64,000 bases of DNA. It comes from Hemiscyllium ocellatum (Eukaryota). The notes beneath the pieces are model-generated. The model was not told the DNA's origin. It saw only the letters and a list, made by a program, of their open reading frames with translations, and did not search any database. The first letter of the stretch is position 1. The number at the start of each line of letters is the position of its first letter. Made by a program: the position numbers and the translations under genes. Of this stretch, positions 60,442 to 64,000 are shown in pieces. The DNA lies in assembly GCF_020745735.1 (NCBI RefSeq), contig NC_083419.1, positions 76,868,738-76,932,737 of the forward strand. The letters run 5' to 3'.

Positions 60442-63129
60442 TCTCGAATGAATATGCACTAACCTTGGGTTTCCTGAATTCTTTCGTCAAGCCCAGTCAT
60501 TAATAATGCATTTTCCTCCATCCAACTCATTGCCCAGCCAAATACTTTCACTTGCTTTGTTTGGTTGTGTTTCATTCAGTCATTTAGTTTAATGCTGCGC
60601 TACCATGAAACCCACTAATGTAAATGCATCTTTCCATATGCCTGATGGAACACTCCAGAGGCAGAATGATTAGAGAACATTTTCCCTTATGCACAAAGTG
60701 TCACGGCCTCGGGTCACGTAATGATAATTTTGTTGGCTCCATCAGAAGCCGATAAAAGCCGGGCAACGGAGTTTGAATGTTTACTCTACACTGTCTAAAC
60801 TAAAAGTACTCCCAATGTCGGGACAGCCTGGGTTAGTAATGCATAAATCGCAACCGAAAGCGCTCAACGAAACATTCACCAACCGAAAATGTCAGGTATT
60901 CAGACACAACACGTGCACAATCCAAGCGCGGATTCTCAGAACTGGAGGTTTTATCACACATAGATCTCATGAAGCATAATTTCTGGGATCTATTTGACAC
61001 AACCACACCTGCCAAATCCCAGGAAATGAGACTGAGATCTATCTGATACAGGGATATTACTGAACAGCAAATCTCAAATATACAAATCAGAGGTTGATGC
61101 TGATGAGGCAAGGCAGAGCTCATAAGTAAATATTCAGCTTTTGGGATCAGTATGATGCAAGACAGAATTGAGAGCCAATCATAGCAGCTGTTAACAGAGT
61201 CTTGAAACTATCAGCAGAGGAGAACAGTCCGAATTTCTCAGAGTTGGTGAGGTTCATCATCCTGGGAATAATGCTGTGAATCAGTCACATACCCAATGTC
61301 ATAACTTTGCTTTTTTTTTCAAAAATGTGGCACCTGAAACTGGATGCAATATTCCACGTGAGACAAGCGACTGTTTTATTATAAATAAGTGCTTTGCTAT
61401 TGTTCTCTACAGTGCACTTGAGATTGGATTTATTTGCTCTACTGTCCACGTGTCATGGTACATTCCCTGATTTCTGCACATATACACGGAGGATCCTCTG
61501 ATATTTCACCGCTTTTTGTTTACACCCTTTCTATTGTATGTTCCTCTTATTTAATCACAAAACAAAGAAGCATGTCGCACCTCCATGAGACTGGGATCTA
61601 TCTGGCACACCGATATTAATGAATAACAATCCTCAAAGGTTATAAATCACAGGTTGATTTCGATCAGGAAACGCAGAGATCAGAATTTCTGGAAACCCTG
61701 CTGCTTTCTATCTCCTTTCCCACAACCCCTCTGACAAACTTGATGCTCTTACCTGTTCTTCCAATATCCTAACACTTTTCCTTATATTGATATTAATATT
61801 CTTCTGTAATTTTGCATGATAGACCAAAGCACAGGTTGAACCAACAAGGAGTCCAAACACTGAACTCTGAGAACGTACAAAATAAGGCAACCTACATTCT
61901 GAAACGGCAAACACCCGTTAACAAATAGTTGGCAAGTACAAAACACCGGGTGAGATGAATTTGAACAAATCAAAATAAAAGGAAAACACTCTGAAGATGC
62001 AGCGGTGTAGGCAAGACCTGAGCAGACAGAATAGAGTTCATTTTTTAAAATTATTGTTTATATCCAGAATTTTCCTTCCACACAAGGTACCTTTTTATTT
62101 CCCATCACCAATTCACCCGTAGTATCTTTATTTTCACCTACTAACCATCACCAGTAAATTGAATAATTTATATTCAAAGCCCCTCAAGAACAACTCACAT
62201 GATCAAAGGTACGGCAGAAATAGGAAGAGCTAGAATGAGATTGGAGTCAATTTTTCTTGTGCTGAAATATTATTGCTGTTCTAACAAAAGGTGTTTCTGA
62301 GTGATTGTCCAATGAAGCTATGTGAATGGAACTCAGAAATAAGAAGAGCATGACTACTTTGATCCGATTCTAATAGTCCCCCCAGTAGTCAGAATGAAAT
62401 TGAGTAACAAGTATGTTGAGAGATCTCATTTATGCATAAGAATAATAGACTTGTAATAATACCAAATTTTAACATTCCAAACATAAAGTGTAGCAGCCAT
62501 GGTCTTAAGAGCTTGGGTGGTGAGGAATTTGTTATGTGTTGAAGAACATTTTCTTCATTAATATCCAGATGTAACTACCACAGATGGAGCAAACCTGACC
62601 TACTCTTTCGAAATAAGGCAGAGCAAGTGACTGAATGGTTAGTAGGGGAGCGGTTTGGGGCCAGGGGTCATAATTAGATTAGTTGTAAAATATCTATGGA
62701 AAGGACTAGCAATATATATAAGTTAATATTCTGAATTGGACTAGTGCAAATTTTCATAGTATGAAACAAAAACTTTCAAGGGTTGATTGGAGTAGAATAT
62801 TTGCAGCTAAAGGGACGGGGCTTTCAGAAGTGAGATAATGAAAGTTCCTTTTAGAGTGAAGATAAGGCTGGTAAGAGGAGTGAACACCGGAGGAACAAAG
62901 ATATTAAGGCTGTGGTTAAGAATAAGAACGAATCATATATTAGACATAGATAAATGAGATCAAGTAAATCTCAAAGAGTATAATAGGTGCAGGGACATTC
63001 TGAAGAGGGGAACGAGGAGGGCAAGAAAGGAAAATGAGATAGCCTTGGGAGATAATGTTAAAGATAATCAAAGAGATTCTATTCTTACATTAAGAGCAAA
63101 GGAGTGGAGTCATAGAGATATACAAGTTA

Positions 63130-63432
63130 GGGGTGGCACGGTGGCACAGTGGTTAGCACTGCTGCCTCACAACGCCTGAGACCCGGGTTCAACTCCCGAC
63201 TCAGGCAACTGACTGTGTGGAGTTTGCACATTCTCCCCGTGTCTGCGTGGGTTTGCTCCGGTTTCCTCCCACAGTCCAAAGATGTGCGGGTCAGGTGAAT
63301 TGGCCATGCTAAATTGCCCGTAGTGTTAGGTAAGGGGTAAATGTAGGGTTATGGGTCGGTTGCGCTTCGGTGGGTCGGTGTGGACTTGTTGGGCCGAAGG
63401 GCCTGTTTCCACACTGTAAGTAATCTAATCTA
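63130..63432 (+). mobile_element. HE1-type SINE, full length, inside CR1 remnants (about 62640-64000)
   Basis: GGGGTGGCACGGTGGCACAGTGGTTAGC...(AATCT)n. Confidence 0.92.
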
Positions 63433-64000
63433 CAACATGGTATCAACCCTATACTCACGAATATGGGTTCAGATAAGACTCCACACCCCCCAGGGAAAAA
63501 GACCTTTCTATTCACTGTATCCAGGCCTCTGATGATTTTATAAACCTTTATAAAGTCATCACTCAGCCTCCAATCCTCCAGAGAAATCAGCCCCAGCCTA
63601 TTCAGCCTCTCCCTATATAACTCTATATGGATAATCCTATAGGGATGGCTTCTAAAAATTCAAAACAAAATAAAGTAAAACTGCAAAATAAATATTGTAT
63701 CTAATTACTACAAAAAAAAGGTTCAATTGCGCCAAATTGGAAAGGAATGTTGAAATGTAACCAATTCTGAGGACTACAAGAAGTTGCAAGAGATCATTAA
63801 TTAATGTATGGTATGTTCAAATAATTAGCAAACGAAGATCCACACAGATAAGCGTAAGGTGTTCCATTTTAGTAGGAATAATGTGCGTGACATCTATTCA
63901 AAGATGCATGACTAGGTGAGGGAGACAAACAAAGGGGTTTCAGACAATTACATCAGTCACTAACAATTTCACCACAGGTTCCAAAGGCCATAAAAATGCA

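Overview
Elasmobranch (shark) genomic DNA; the repeat complement suggests a carpet shark such as Chiloscyllium (inference). The window holds one complete IgM heavy-chain cluster on the + strand: leader (28984-29032), an already-joined in-frame V-D-J exon (29162-29518) with no RSS or separate D/J segments, CH1-CH4 plus secretory tail (39567-48159), and TM1/TM2 exons (59773-59900, 60041-60049). A full-length but decayed class I endogenous retrovirus (LTR-PBS(Pro)-gag-pro-pol-env-LTR, 51098-59701, 5-bp TSD ACTTG) sits in sense orientation between the secretory exon and TM1, ending about 70 bp before the TM1 acceptor. The rest is dense repeat: CR1/HER1-type and L2-like LINE fragments, HE1-type tRNA-derived SINEs (two carry an identical 71-nt captured insert), a Gmr1-like Gypsy remnant (INT before RT), a Penelope RT/GIY-YIG remnant, and Penelope-derived hairpin elements with minimal hammerhead ribozyme motifs. 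The lead hypothesis is a pre-rearranged IgM whose membrane/secreted balance may have been altered by a retroviral insertion. Coordinates were read by hand, so repeat boundaries are approximate.
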